64,000 nucleotides of DNA from an uncultured Desulfosarcina sp. (GTDB lineage: Bacteria; Desulfobacterota; Desulfobacteria; Desulfobacterales; Desulfosarcinaceae), in the NCBI GenBank assembly GCA_963674945.2, contig CAXXWQ010000004.1, positions 1,632,001-1,696,000 on the forward strand, given 5' to 3'. Under the pieces are notes generated by a model. The model was not told the origin of the DNA. It made no database searches and saw only the letters and a program-made list of their open reading frames with translations. The position numbers and the translations under genes were made by a program. This document shows positions 9,509-18,430 of the stretch, in pieces. Each line of letters begins with the position of its first letter. The stretch's first letter is position 1.

Positions 9509-11623
9509 TCATTTCAAAACCGTTGAACCGATCACCTCAATGGTATACTCTTCCAAGTCTTCGGGAAGTCCGGAAAAGACCACCATGAACGGGATCGATT
9601 GTCCTGGTTCAATTTTGATGTTACTGCGGTTATCTCCCAATCGATTTGCCAGACGTGCCTTAATTTTTTCCAGATCCAGATTTGTCAGTTCAAGATCGGA
9701 CATGACATTCCCACAATAGACCTTTTCCTGAGCGATTAAAACCTTACCCGAAGAAAATAGTTTTCCTGACAAGGTGATGACACCGCGGCTATGTTCATAC
9801 CCGTTCGTCACTTTCCCCGTAATGACAAAAAGCTTGCCAACGTTGGTATTGTCGATGAATCTGGCATTGATATCCTCGGTTGTCAGTTTCTCGTTTCCCG
9901 GATCATTCACCTTTGGTTTTAGATAGTCGCTAAGGAAGGGAATCTCTACGTTGTGTGTTGTCATCCAGTAGTAGGCACCATATCCGCCACCGCCGAGAAC
10001 AATAAGAATCAACAAGAATACCAATGATTTGCGCGACTTCTTTCTCACAGGCGGGGAGGATGGTGCTTTTTCGACGACAGACTCCGTCGGGGCTTCACTT
10101 TTTTCGGCAAACGGGGGCTCGGAGACGACAACAGTCTCTTCCAGTTCTCCATCATCCAGCGTTTTTTCCGTCTGACGATGATCTTCCTCCACCTCGAATT
10201 CCAGCTCCATATCGTCGGCTTCTTGTTCAATCGCTCCGGCGGTGTTCTGGGGTTGATGATCATCCTCGAATTCGGACAGGTCCAGTTCCAGGTCATCCTC
10301 GATGTCGGCAGAATCAGTTCCGGTATCCGCATCGGATGACAGGGCATCTTCCAGTGCCAGCTCCTGTTCTTCGACAGTTTCATCTTTTGCATCCACATCG
10401 ACATCATCCAGAACCTGCTCCAGCTCGGACAGATCGATCACCTCATCCTCGACAACCATTTTTTCTCCAGCGGAATCGTCCATCCACTTTTCATTGTCGA
10501 GACTGGGCTCTATATCCAGATCCAAATCTGTGTCCTGATCCGGAACGAGACTCGAACCGGAACCACCCGTTTCCGGTTCTTCGAGCATCTTTTCGATTTC
10601 CGACAAATCGACTTCCGCCTCTTCATCCGCTGAAGTTTCGCCACCCGTGTCTTCTTCCAGATCATCGAGTTCCAAATCCAAGGAAAAATCTTCCGTTGAC
10701 TCCTTGGGCATATCGGCCTCAATTTCCTGGAAAGACTCGGATTCATCCGTTACATCCGAAGATAATTCGTCATCCTCGTCTACCTCCACGATAACGGTGG
10801 ACTCGTTGGCTTGGTCGTCTTCGATCAAATTATCCAGGCTGGAAAGATCCAGATCCAGGTCCTCTTCATCCAAATCGGCGATAATGGTTTCATCTCCATC
10901 GGATTGAAGATCCAGATCTTCGTCCTTCGCGTCAAGATCAATGGAAAGATCCAGATCATCATCGGCATCGAGATCCAGATCAAGATTCAGGCCATCATCA
11001 GTATCAAGGTCCAGGTCATCGTCGGATTCGAGATCCAGATCAAGATTCAACTCATCATCGGTATCGAGGTCCGGTTCATCGTCGGACTCGAGATCCAGAT
11101 CAAGATTCAACTCATCATCGATATCGAGGTCCGGTTCATCACTCGATTCAATGTCCAAGGAAAAATCCAGGTCTTCTTCGTCCAAATCGGCGATTATCGT
11201 TGCATCCCTGTCGTCAATGGAATCAGATTCATCCAGCGTCTGATCCAAGTCGGTTTCTGACGTTGCCTGGCCACCGGACTCGACTTTATCCAGAATGTCA
11301 CTTACCGCATCTTCGATATCCGAATCGTCCAGGTCCTCTTCCGGTTCTGCCTCCAGTGAAAAATCAAGGTCGCTGTCCGTATCTGGAATTTTGGATGCGG
11401 TCTCCTCCGCCACCCCGGATTCGGTGATTGCCGGTTGCTGCGAATCGGTGGGTTGGGAAACAAAATTGGCTGTTTCGGTCTCTTCTGCCTCAACCGGTGC
11501 CTGCTTGGGATAAGCGGTAAACACCTGAGAGCATACCGAGCATCTTACCTTGGAGCCTTCCGGTTTTAAAATCTTTTCATCAAGATTGAAACTGGTGTTA
11601 CACGCCTTACAGGTGATAATCAT
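9509..11623 (-). CDS. Zinc-ribbon / long acidic linker / TM / DUF3426-like membrane protein
   Basis: N-terminal CxxC...VRCxxC (MJ0042-type finger); very Asp/Glu-rich linker; TM LVFLLILIVLGGGGYG; periplasmic Ig-like domain (FVITGKVTN...IPFMVVF). Confidence 0.85.
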   Translation of the reverse strand: MIITCKACNTSFNLDEKILKPEGSKVRCSVCSQVFTAYPKQAPVEAEETETANFVSQPTDSQQPAITESGVAEETASKIPDTDSDLDFSLEAEPEEDLDDSDIEDAVSDILDKVESGGQATSETDLDQTLDESDSIDDRDATIIADLDEEDLDFSLDIESSDEPDLDIDDELNLDLDLESDDEPDLDTDDELNLDLDLESDDDLDLDTDDGLNLDLDLDADDDLDLSIDLDAKDEDLDLQSDGDETIIADLDEEDLDLDLSSLDNLIEDDQANESTVIVEVDEDDELSSDVTDESESFQEIEADMPKESTEDFSLDLELDDLEEDTGGETSADEEAEVDLSEIEKMLEEPETGGSGSSLVPDQDTDLDLDIEPSLDNEKWMDDSAGEKMVVEDEVIDLSELEQVLDDVDVDAKDETVEEQELALEDALSSDADTGTDSADIEDDLELDLSEFEDDHQPQNTAGAIEQEADDMELEFEVEEDHRQTEKTLDDGELEETVVVSEPPFAEKSEAPTESVVEKAPSSPPVRKKSRKSLVFLLILIVLGGGGYGAYYWMTTHNVEIPFLSDYLKPKVNDPGNEKLTTEDINARFIDNTNVGKLFVITGKVTNGYEHSRGVITLSGKLFSSGKVLIAQEKVYCGNVMSDLELTNLDLEKIKARLANRLGDNRSNIKIEPGQSIPFMVVFSGLPEDLEEYTIEVIGSTVLK
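10971..11150. repeat. Three 60-bp in-frame tandem repeats (20-aa acidic unit)
   Basis: Units starting agatccagatcaagattca at 10971, 11031 and 11091. Confidence 0.9.
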
Positions 11624-11638
11624 GACAACCCTCGCTGC

Positions 11639-12160
11639 CTAGAGTTTCATATGGTAGATTTCCGATAAGTTCCTGTAATTTTCAGCATAATCCAATCCAT
11701 ATCCCACAAGGAAACCTTCTTCCACGAATCTGCACGAATAGTCGACGTGGATTGGAACTTTTCGACGTTCTGCCTTGTCGATCATTGCGCATATTCGAAT
11801 GCTACTCGGATTGAAACTTTCCAGATGACGGACCAAAAACGAAATCGTCAGGCCGGAATCGATTATGTCTTCAACCAACAGCACATCTTTGCCGCAAATG
11901 TCGACATCGATGTCTTTTTTCAGAACAACTTTCTCTGATGATACTGTATCGGCACCGTAGCTGGAAGCTTGAAGGAAATCGACTTTAATTTTTTCCAAAG
12001 TCAGCAGTCGAATGAGATCGGCAAGAAATACAAAGGCACCTTTGAGCACCCCCACGATGACCAGTTCCCGTCCTTGATAGTCCGCCGAGATCGTTTTGGC
12101 AATCCGAGAGATTTGAAGATGGATCTCTTCCTTATCGATAACACATGTGAATTCAGGCAT
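11639..12160 (-). CDS. hpt: Hypoxanthine phosphoribosyltransferase
   Basis: GVLKGAFVFLADL, VLLVEDIIDSGLT, FLVGYGLDY; start taken at ATG 12160. Confidence 0.95.
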   Translation of the reverse strand: MPEFTCVIDKEEIHLQISRIAKTISADYQGRELVIVGVLKGAFVFLADLIRLLTLEKIKVDFLQASSYGADTVSSEKVVLKKDIDVDICGKDVLLVEDIIDSGLTISFLVRHLESFNPSSIRICAMIDKAERRKVPIHVDYSCRFVEEGFLVGYGLDYAENYRNLSEIYHMKL

Positions 12161-12205
12161 ATATAATATTATCGAGTATACTTGTACGGTTGTCAATTCA
12201 TTTGA

Positions 12206-13111
12206 CTATAGACCGGCAGCGGCAAGATCCTCCACGATTTTCTTTTGATCGGCCGTCAGTGTTTTTGGTACATCCACGGATACTGTAACGTAAAGATCCC
12301 CTTTCGTGGTGCTCTTCATCTTGGGAAGGCCGTGGCCGGTCAACCGCATGCGTGTTTTATGGCGGGTACCCGGTGGAATTTTAAGGCTCAATTCTCCGCC
12401 GTCGATCGTGGGAATCCCCACTTGGGTGCCCAGAAGAGATTCACTGAGTCGTATGGTGACGCCGGTATGAAGATCGTACTCATCGGAGGAAAAAACGGGA
12501 TCCGAAAGGACACGGGATTGAATGTACAAATCTCCAGGAGGCCCCCCGAATCCGCTCTGTTCTCCTTTTCCGGACAGCCGAAGCTTTTTTCCCGTAATCA
12601 TTCCCGGCGGGATCTTCACCGAAATGTTCTCGTTTTTTCCCTGGTGCTGGAACGTCACTGTCTTGTTGGTACCGGAAGCGACCTCCGTAAGCGTCAGCGG
12701 AAGTTCATACACCAGATCCGATCCCTTGGCCGGTCTCCTTCGACGTTGCTGGCCGCCAAACCCGCCACCAAAGGGAGATCCACCACCGCCGAAGGAGAAA
12801 CGGACGTCTCCACCACCAAATCCAAATTCCTTAAGAATGTCTCCTATGTTAACGTTTTTGAAGATGTCCTCTTGAGAGTAACGCTGGTGAAAATCGGTGG
12901 ATCCGTATGTATCGTACTGTTGCCGTTTCTCCTTGTCGCTGAGCACGGCGTAGGCCTCGCTGATTTTCTTGAACATCTCCTCGGCATGTTTGTCCCCTTT
13001 GGAATGGTCCGGATGATACTTCATTGCCAATTTCCGATAAGCCTTCTTGATCTGGTCATCGGTTGCGGTTTTAGACACGCCTAGTATCTTGTAATAATCC
13101 TTCTCGGACAT
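12206..13111 (-). CDS. DnaJ class B chaperone (CbpA-like, no zinc finger)
   Basis: J-domain with HPD, G/F-rich region, DnaJ C-terminal domain. Confidence 0.93.
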   Translation of the reverse strand: MSEKDYYKILGVSKTATDDQIKKAYRKLAMKYHPDHSKGDKHAEEMFKKISEAYAVLSDKEKRQQYDTYGSTDFHQRYSQEDIFKNVNIGDILKEFGFGGGDVRFSFGGGGSPFGGGFGGQQRRRRPAKGSDLVYELPLTLTEVASGTNKTVTFQHQGKNENISVKIPPGMITGKKLRLSGKGEQSGFGGPPGDLYIQSRVLSDPVFSSDEYDLHTGVTIRLSESLLGTQVGIPTIDGGELSLKIPPGTRHKTRMRLTGHGLPKMKSTTKGDLYVTVSVDVPKTLTADQKKIVEDLAAAGL

Positions 13112-13217
13112 GGCTCTTCTGCTCCCTGCACAAATTCCTGCAAAAATTGAAATGAAGCAAACAAATTGTTTTTACTGGGAAAATAAGGTGTACGTCTTTT
13201 AATGTCAAGCTGTTATA

Positions 13218-15092
13218 TCATCTTCCCTTCCATGTTCGCAGGTACACCATGAGAACCGATATGGCGGCGGGTGTTATGCCCTCGATTCGTGATGCCTGCC
13301 CCAGAGATGCGGGGCGGACGACGGCCAGTTTCTCCTTGAGTTCACTGGAAAGACCATGGACGGTCGAATAGTCGATGGTTTCGGGAATCTTGATCTGCTC
13401 CAGATGCCTGAACTTTTCGATCTCCGCAAGCTGACGTCGGATGTACCCTTCGTATTTGACTTCGATCTCCACCTGCCGTGTGACCCGCTCTTCAAGTTCC
13501 CCTTCTGCCGGTGCGAGCGCAGAAACCACATCATAGCCCAATTCTGCACGCTTGAGAAGCTGGGACAGATGAATACCGCTTTCGATGGTCGGAGTCCCCC
13601 GCTCTCTCAAGTAGGCGTTGACTTCCGGTAACGGTTTGATCACCGTCCGTTTAACGCGTTCCATTTCCTCTTGAATCATCCGTTTGCGCTCACGATTGTC
13701 GGACACCGTTTGTGCGTCCACCAGCCCCAGTTCATGGCCCAGGGCGCAAAGACGCAGGTCCGCATTGTCCTCCCGTAGCATGAGCCGATATTCGGCCCTG
13801 GAAGTGAACATCCGGTACGGTTCACGGGTTCCCCGGGTGACCAGGTCATCCACCAGTACCGCCATGTAGGCTTGGCTGCGGTCTAAAAGGAAAGGTGGCC
13901 GCTTCTGGACCGCACAGGCTGCGTTGATACCGGCCCACAGGCCCTGGGCCGCCGCCTCTTCGTATCCCGAGGTGCCGTTGATCTGACCGGCCAGGTACAG
14001 CCCCGTAATACGTTTGGTCTCCAGCGTGGGACGCAGTTGCACCGGATTGACGAAATCGTATTCGATGGCGTAGGCCGGCCGCATGATCTGGGCCTCTTCC
14101 AGTCCTCGGACCTTTCGCACCACTTCGATCTGGACCTCCATGGGCAAGCTGTTTCCGAGCCCCGACGCGTAGATTTCCTGCGTATCCAGCCCCTCGGGTT
14201 CGAGAATGACCTGGTGTCTGTCCCGGTCCGGGAACCGGACGATCTTGTCTTCGAAGGATGGGCAATATCGGGCCGGAACGCCTTTGATGGCACCGCTGTG
14301 AAGGGCGGAGAGGTGGAGGTTGTCACGAACCACCCGATGGACCCGCTCGCTGGTATGACCAATGTGGCTGGGAACCTGGGGAAGTGGTGAAGCCGGATCG
14401 GTGAAGGAAAAAGGGCGAACAAAATCTCCGACCGGTTGCTCGTCGAATTGTGAGAAATCGATACTTTCCCTGTGGAGCCGGGGTGGCGTTCCCGTCTTCA
14501 TGCGCCCTAATGAAAGCCCCAACTCCATAAGATGCAGGGGAAGATCATAAGAGGCAAACTCTCCGGCCCGACCTGCCTGCATGGTCACGAAACCGATGTG
14601 AATCAGCCCGGAGAGAAAAGTGCCTGTGGCCAACACCACACAAGGAGCCGAAAAACCATATCCCGTGTGGTCTTCCACGCCACACAAACGGCCGTTTTCA
14701 ACGACCAAACGCTTTATAAGGGCCTGTTTCAGATCCAGATTGGGCTGACGTTCCAGCACCGCCTTCATGGCGGTATGGTAACGCCCCTTGTCGTTTTGTG
14801 TACGGGTAGACTGAACTGCCGGGCCTTTTTTGGTGTTGAGGGTCTTGTACTGAATGGCCGTCTGGTCGGCGATCTTGGCCATCTGGCCGCCCAACGCATC
14901 GATCTCCTTGACCAGTTGGCCCTTGGCCATGCCACCGATGGAGGGACTGCACGGCATGGCGGCAATCTTGTCCAGGTCGATGGTCAGCATGAGAACATGG
15001 CATCCCATGCGAGCCCCGGCAAGAGCCGCTTCGCATCCGGCATGCCCGCCCCCCACGACGATGATATCGTATTGCTTTGAAAAAATACCCAT
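13218..15092 (-). CDS. mnmG: tRNA uridine 5-carboxymethylaminomethyl modification enzyme MnmG/GidA
   Basis: GGGHAGCEAA, KTGTPPRL, RYCPSFEDK, AGQINGTSGYEEAAAQG. Confidence 0.98.
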   Translation of the reverse strand: MGIFSKQYDIIVVGGGHAGCEAALAGARMGCHVLMLTIDLDKIAAMPCSPSIGGMAKGQLVKEIDALGGQMAKIADQTAIQYKTLNTKKGPAVQSTRTQNDKGRYHTAMKAVLERQPNLDLKQALIKRLVVENGRLCGVEDHTGYGFSAPCVVLATGTFLSGLIHIGFVTMQAGRAGEFASYDLPLHLMELGLSLGRMKTGTPPRLHRESIDFSQFDEQPVGDFVRPFSFTDPASPLPQVPSHIGHTSERVHRVVRDNLHLSALHSGAIKGVPARYCPSFEDKIVRFPDRDRHQVILEPEGLDTQEIYASGLGNSLPMEVQIEVVRKVRGLEEAQIMRPAYAIEYDFVNPVQLRPTLETKRITGLYLAGQINGTSGYEEAAAQGLWAGINAACAVQKRPPFLLDRSQAYMAVLVDDLVTRGTREPYRMFTSRAEYRLMLREDNADLRLCALGHELGLVDAQTVSDNRERKRMIQEEMERVKRTVIKPLPEVNAYLRERGTPTIESGIHLSQLLKRAELGYDVVSALAPAEGELEERVTRQVEIEVKYEGYIRRQLAEIEKFRHLEQIKIPETIDYSTVHGLSSELKEKLAVVRPASLGQASRIEGITPAAISVLMVYLRTWKGR

Positions 15093-15165
15093 CCATTTCT
15101 CTTTTTCTTTTGTCCGGCAGACTATATAATTACCTATTTATTATAGGTCAAGGACACAGATCACC

Positions 15166-16134
15166 ATGAACGAGAAACCCTACCGGGATCTGAACACCTA
15201 CTTTCGCGGCCTTTTTGGTTGCCGGGTCCACAAAGTAACCGTCGATGCCGGATTGGACTGCCCAAACCGCAACGGCACTCTCTCCACCGGGGGGTGCATC
15301 TACTGCAACGCCAGGGGATCCGGAACGGGAGCCCATGAAAAGGGATTGTCCATTAGCCAGCAATTGGAAAACAGCAAGGCACGGATCGCCCGCAGATTCA
15401 AGACCGATAAAATCATGGCCTATTTCCAGTCCTTCACCAATACCTACGGCCCCTTCGCGCAACTAAAGCGCCTGTATGACGAAGCCCTGGCAGTTGAAAA
15501 CGTGGTGGGACTGGCCATCGGAACCCGACCGGACTGTGTTGAACCGGCGGTGCTCGATCTTTTGGAAAACTATGCAAAAAACCGCCTCGTGTGGATCGAG
15601 TACGGCCTGCAAAGCGCCCATGACCATACCTTGTCACGAATCAACCGGGGTCATGATTTTGCCTGCTTTCAAAGAGCCGTGAAAGCCACCCAAAATCGCA
15701 ACATCAATATTTGTGCCCATGTGATTTTAGGCCTTCCCGGTGAATCCCGGCAGGAGATGCTGGAGACCGCCGACGCCATCGCTGCGCTTGGCCTCGATGG
15801 GGTCAAACTCCACCTGCTCTACGTGGTGAAAGGTACGACTTTGGAGGTCTTGTACCAAAAGGGCGAATATCGATGCCTGGAACAGTGGGAATATGTGCGC
15901 CTGGTGTGTGATTTCATCGAACGGCTTCCCCACACCATGATCATTCAACGGCTCACCGGTGATCCCCACCCCGCGGAATTGGTGGCGCCAAACTGGTCCC
16001 TCCAGAAGAAAGAGACCCTGGATCTGATTCACCACACCTTCGCCCGAAAGAATACCTGGCAGGGAAAGCGGTATCGCGCCGGTTCGGGTAAAGGGCAATA
16101 CCATTCCAAATCGAACTATCAGGACCGCCCGTAA
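15166..16134 (+). CDS. TIGR01212-family radical SAM protein (YhcC/YtqA-like)
   Basis: CPNRNG...GGCIYC, GTRPDC, IEYGLQS, GVKLHLL, IQRLTGD. Confidence 0.92.
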   Translation: MNEKPYRDLNTYFRGLFGCRVHKVTVDAGLDCPNRNGTLSTGGCIYCNARGSGTGAHEKGLSISQQLENSKARIARRFKTDKIMAYFQSFTNTYGPFAQLKRLYDEALAVENVVGLAIGTRPDCVEPAVLDLLENYAKNRLVWIEYGLQSAHDHTLSRINRGHDFACFQRAVKATQNRNINICAHVILGLPGESRQEMLETADAIAALGLDGVKLHLLYVVKGTTLEVLYQKGEYRCLEQWEYVRLVCDFIERLPHTMIIQRLTGDPHPAELVAPNWSLQKKETLDLIHHTFARKNTWQGKRYRAGSGKGQYHSKSNYQDRP

Positions 16135-16144
16135 AACGGTTTTG

Positions 16145-16355
16145 GAGCATTGAACATAGAACATCGAACGTTGAATACGGAATTCTATCCTTCTAAAAAT
16201 GAAACTTTCATTTTATCCTGCAGAGAAGAGATTAAAAGTGCTGTTTGATAAAAACGATGGAGCGAAGCGATCGCATCATTCGACGTTGGACGTTCGATGT
16301 TCAATGTTCGACGTTTAAAATCAATTTCCAGAACTATTGTCTCGCCGGATCAGTC
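16145..16355. repeat. Intergenic repeat family B, copy 1 (hairpin with heptamer-periodic arms)
   Basis: 30-bp core tttgataaaaacgatggagcgaagcgatcg is identical to 44502-44531; inverted aacatcg/cgatgtt arms. Confidence 0.8.
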
Positions 16356-16468
16356 CGATCCTCTTCATGTCACTCGGGCATAGGTCTAAGCGTATTTTAC
16401 TGAATTTAAAACCCTTCGATGAATCATCAGAACGCCAGACGTTTCCCCGTCATCCCGAAAATTTCACC

Positions 16469-16525
16469 TTGACAATCGCCCCGCATAAATTATAACATAT
16501 GTTTTAAACATATGTTTTAAACATA
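16469..16525 (+). promoter_or_regulatory. Sigma70 promoter with overlapping palindromic TetR/CecR-type operator
   Basis: TTGACA-16-TATAAC followed by the repeated aacatatgtttta unit containing ACATATGT palindromes, directly upstream of the TetR gene. Confidence 0.7.
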
Positions 16526-16550
16526 AATTCATAACCTATGGAGCATCGGC

Positions 16551-17246
16551 ATGACAATTCAATCCGATGAAAAAACATCGGTCAAAAGAAAAATCATCGA
16601 TGCCGCTGGCGAGATTTTCGGTCGAATGGGCTACAAAGGAGCGACGATTCGCGATATCTGCCGCTTGGCAGATGTGAACGTGGCATCGATCAACTACCAT
16701 TTCGGTGGGAAAAAGCAGCTGTATCGCACCGTGGTCATGGATCTGATTTCCCAAACGTTCGACCGCTATCCGGTGGTCGAAAAGAACAATAAAAATCATA
16801 GCCCCGAAGACCGGCTTCGAAATTTCATTCGCGGGGTATTGCGGCGTCTGCTCTCATCCGACGGTCTGGCGGGATATGTGGGCAAGGGGCAGTTGATGGC
16901 CCGTGAACTGGCAGATCCATCCCCGTTCATGGACGATCTCGTGGATCAGTTCATCCGACCGACGGCCACCATCTTGTCTGCCATTATCTCCGATCTTTTG
17001 GGACCTGTGGCGGATAACGAGAAAATTGTACGGTGCCAGTTGAGCGTAATCGGACAATGTTTTCACTATGCCATGGCACGCCCCCTCATTACCCGCATGG
17101 TGAACATCGACTATACCGATCCAGGGCTGATCGACGCGTTGACCGATCATATCACCCGGTTCTCCATGGCGGGTATTCGTTCCACCCGCCTGGGCTGCGA
17201 TCACTTTCATTTCGCAGTTTCCATCGAAAACGGAGGAAAACCGTGA
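16551..17246 (+). CDS. TetR-family regulator, CecR/YbiH-like
   Basis: N-terminal TetR HTH (ATIRDIC..ADVNVASINYHFGGK); heads a ybhGFSR-like operon. Confidence 0.9.
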   Translation: MTIQSDEKTSVKRKIIDAAGEIFGRMGYKGATIRDICRLADVNVASINYHFGGKKQLYRTVVMDLISQTFDRYPVVEKNNKNHSPEDRLRNFIRGVLRRLLSSDGLAGYVGKGQLMARELADPSPFMDDLVDQFIRPTATILSAIISDLLGPVADNEKIVRCQLSVIGQCFHYAMARPLITRMVNIDYTDPGLIDALTDHITRFSMAGIRSTRLGCDHFHFAVSIENGGKP

Positions 17247-18430
17247 AGAAGAGACTTCGTATCCTTTTACCCATCGCCATTCTCATCCTGGCCGTTTTGA
17301 CATGGCGCCTGTTTTTCAGGACGTCTTCGGAGTCGAATACGCTTCTCGTATCCGGAAATATCGATGTCACCCAGGTGGATCTCGCCTTTAAGATATCCGG
17401 TCGTCTTCTCGAACGACTGGTCGATGAAGGAGCATCGGTTCATCGTGACCAGCGTGTGGCCATGCTGGATGACACGGACCAAAAGCTCGAATTGGATCGG
17501 ATGCGCGCCGAAGCGGCGTATGCGACGGCAGTGCTTGCCGAGTTGGAGGCCGGAAGCCGCCCCGAAGAAATTGCCCGGGCCAAGGCCTTTGTCCAGCAGG
17601 CAGAATTCACTTTAAACGAACTTGAGCGCGGTAGCCGTACACAGGAGATCGCCGAGGCCGAGGCGGAGCTGGCCAGGGCGGAGGCGGATGAAAGGTCGGC
17701 CGCCAGCCAGTTGGCCCTGGCAAAGGCGGATTTCCAACGCAACGAAAAAATGTTCGAAGAGGGTGTAATCAGTGATCAGACCTATGACACCTACAAGACG
17801 CGATACGAATCGGCAAAAAGCACCATGGCCGCCGCAACATCACGGCGCAAAGCCGTGGATCAGCGCCTGAGCCTGCGTCGGGAGGGCGCCCGGCGGGAAA
17901 AAATCGAACAGGCGCGGGCAGCCTTGGCCCAGGCCGAAGCGCAATATGCGCTCGTCAAGGCCGGCCCCCGGGAAGAGACCATCGCCCAGGCCCGGGCGAA
18001 AAAAACCGCCGCAGATGCCGCCGCATCACTTTCCCGGCAGCGACTGGCCGATACCATCCTCACGGCCCCATTCGACGGGGTCGTGCTCAGCACCTCGGCC
18101 GAACCGGGAAGCCTGCTCACCCCCGGCAAAACGGTGCTCACCATCGGTGATACCGCCAATATCTGGCTCCGCGCCTTCGTGGACGAGACGGATCTGGGAC
18201 GTATCCGGCTGGGCCAAAAGGCCCGGGTGACGATTGACGCCGATCCTGACAGATCCTGGACGGGGCGGATCAGTTACATCAGCAGCACGGCGGAGTTCAC
18301 CCCCCGCTCTGTGCAGACTTTCAAAGAACGCACCAACCTGGTCTATCGCATCAAGATCCAGTTGGACAATCCGGACGGCATCCTCAAACCTGGCATGCCA
18401 GCCGATGCGGTGATCGAGAAAACCCCATGA
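17243..18430 (+). CDS. HlyD-family membrane fusion protein, YbhG-like
   Basis: GTG start at 17243 overlapping the TetR stop; coiled coil; APFDG; AEFTP.SVQT; LKPGMPAD. Confidence 0.9.
   Translation: MKKRLRILLPIAILILAVLTWRLFFRTSSESNTLLVSGNIDVTQVDLAFKISGRLLERLVDEGASVHRDQRVAMLDDTDQKLELDRMRAEAAYATAVLAELEAGSRPEEIARAKAFVQQAEFTLNELERGSRTQEIAEAEAELARAEADERSAASQLALAKADFQRNEKMFEEGVISDQTYDTYKTRYESAKSTMAAATSRRKAVDQRLSLRREGARREKIEQARAALAQAEAQYALVKAGPREETIAQARAKKTAADAAASLSRQRLADTILTAPFDGVVLSTSAEPGSLLTPGKTVLTIGDTANIWLRAFVDETDLGRIRLGQKARVTIDADPDRSWTGRISYISSTAEFTPRSVQTFKERTNLVYRIKIQLDNPDGILKPGMPADAVIEKTP

Noticed and set aside
10971..11150. Possible CRISPR-like array
   Set aside because: Contiguous in-frame coding repeats with no unique spacers and no cas genes
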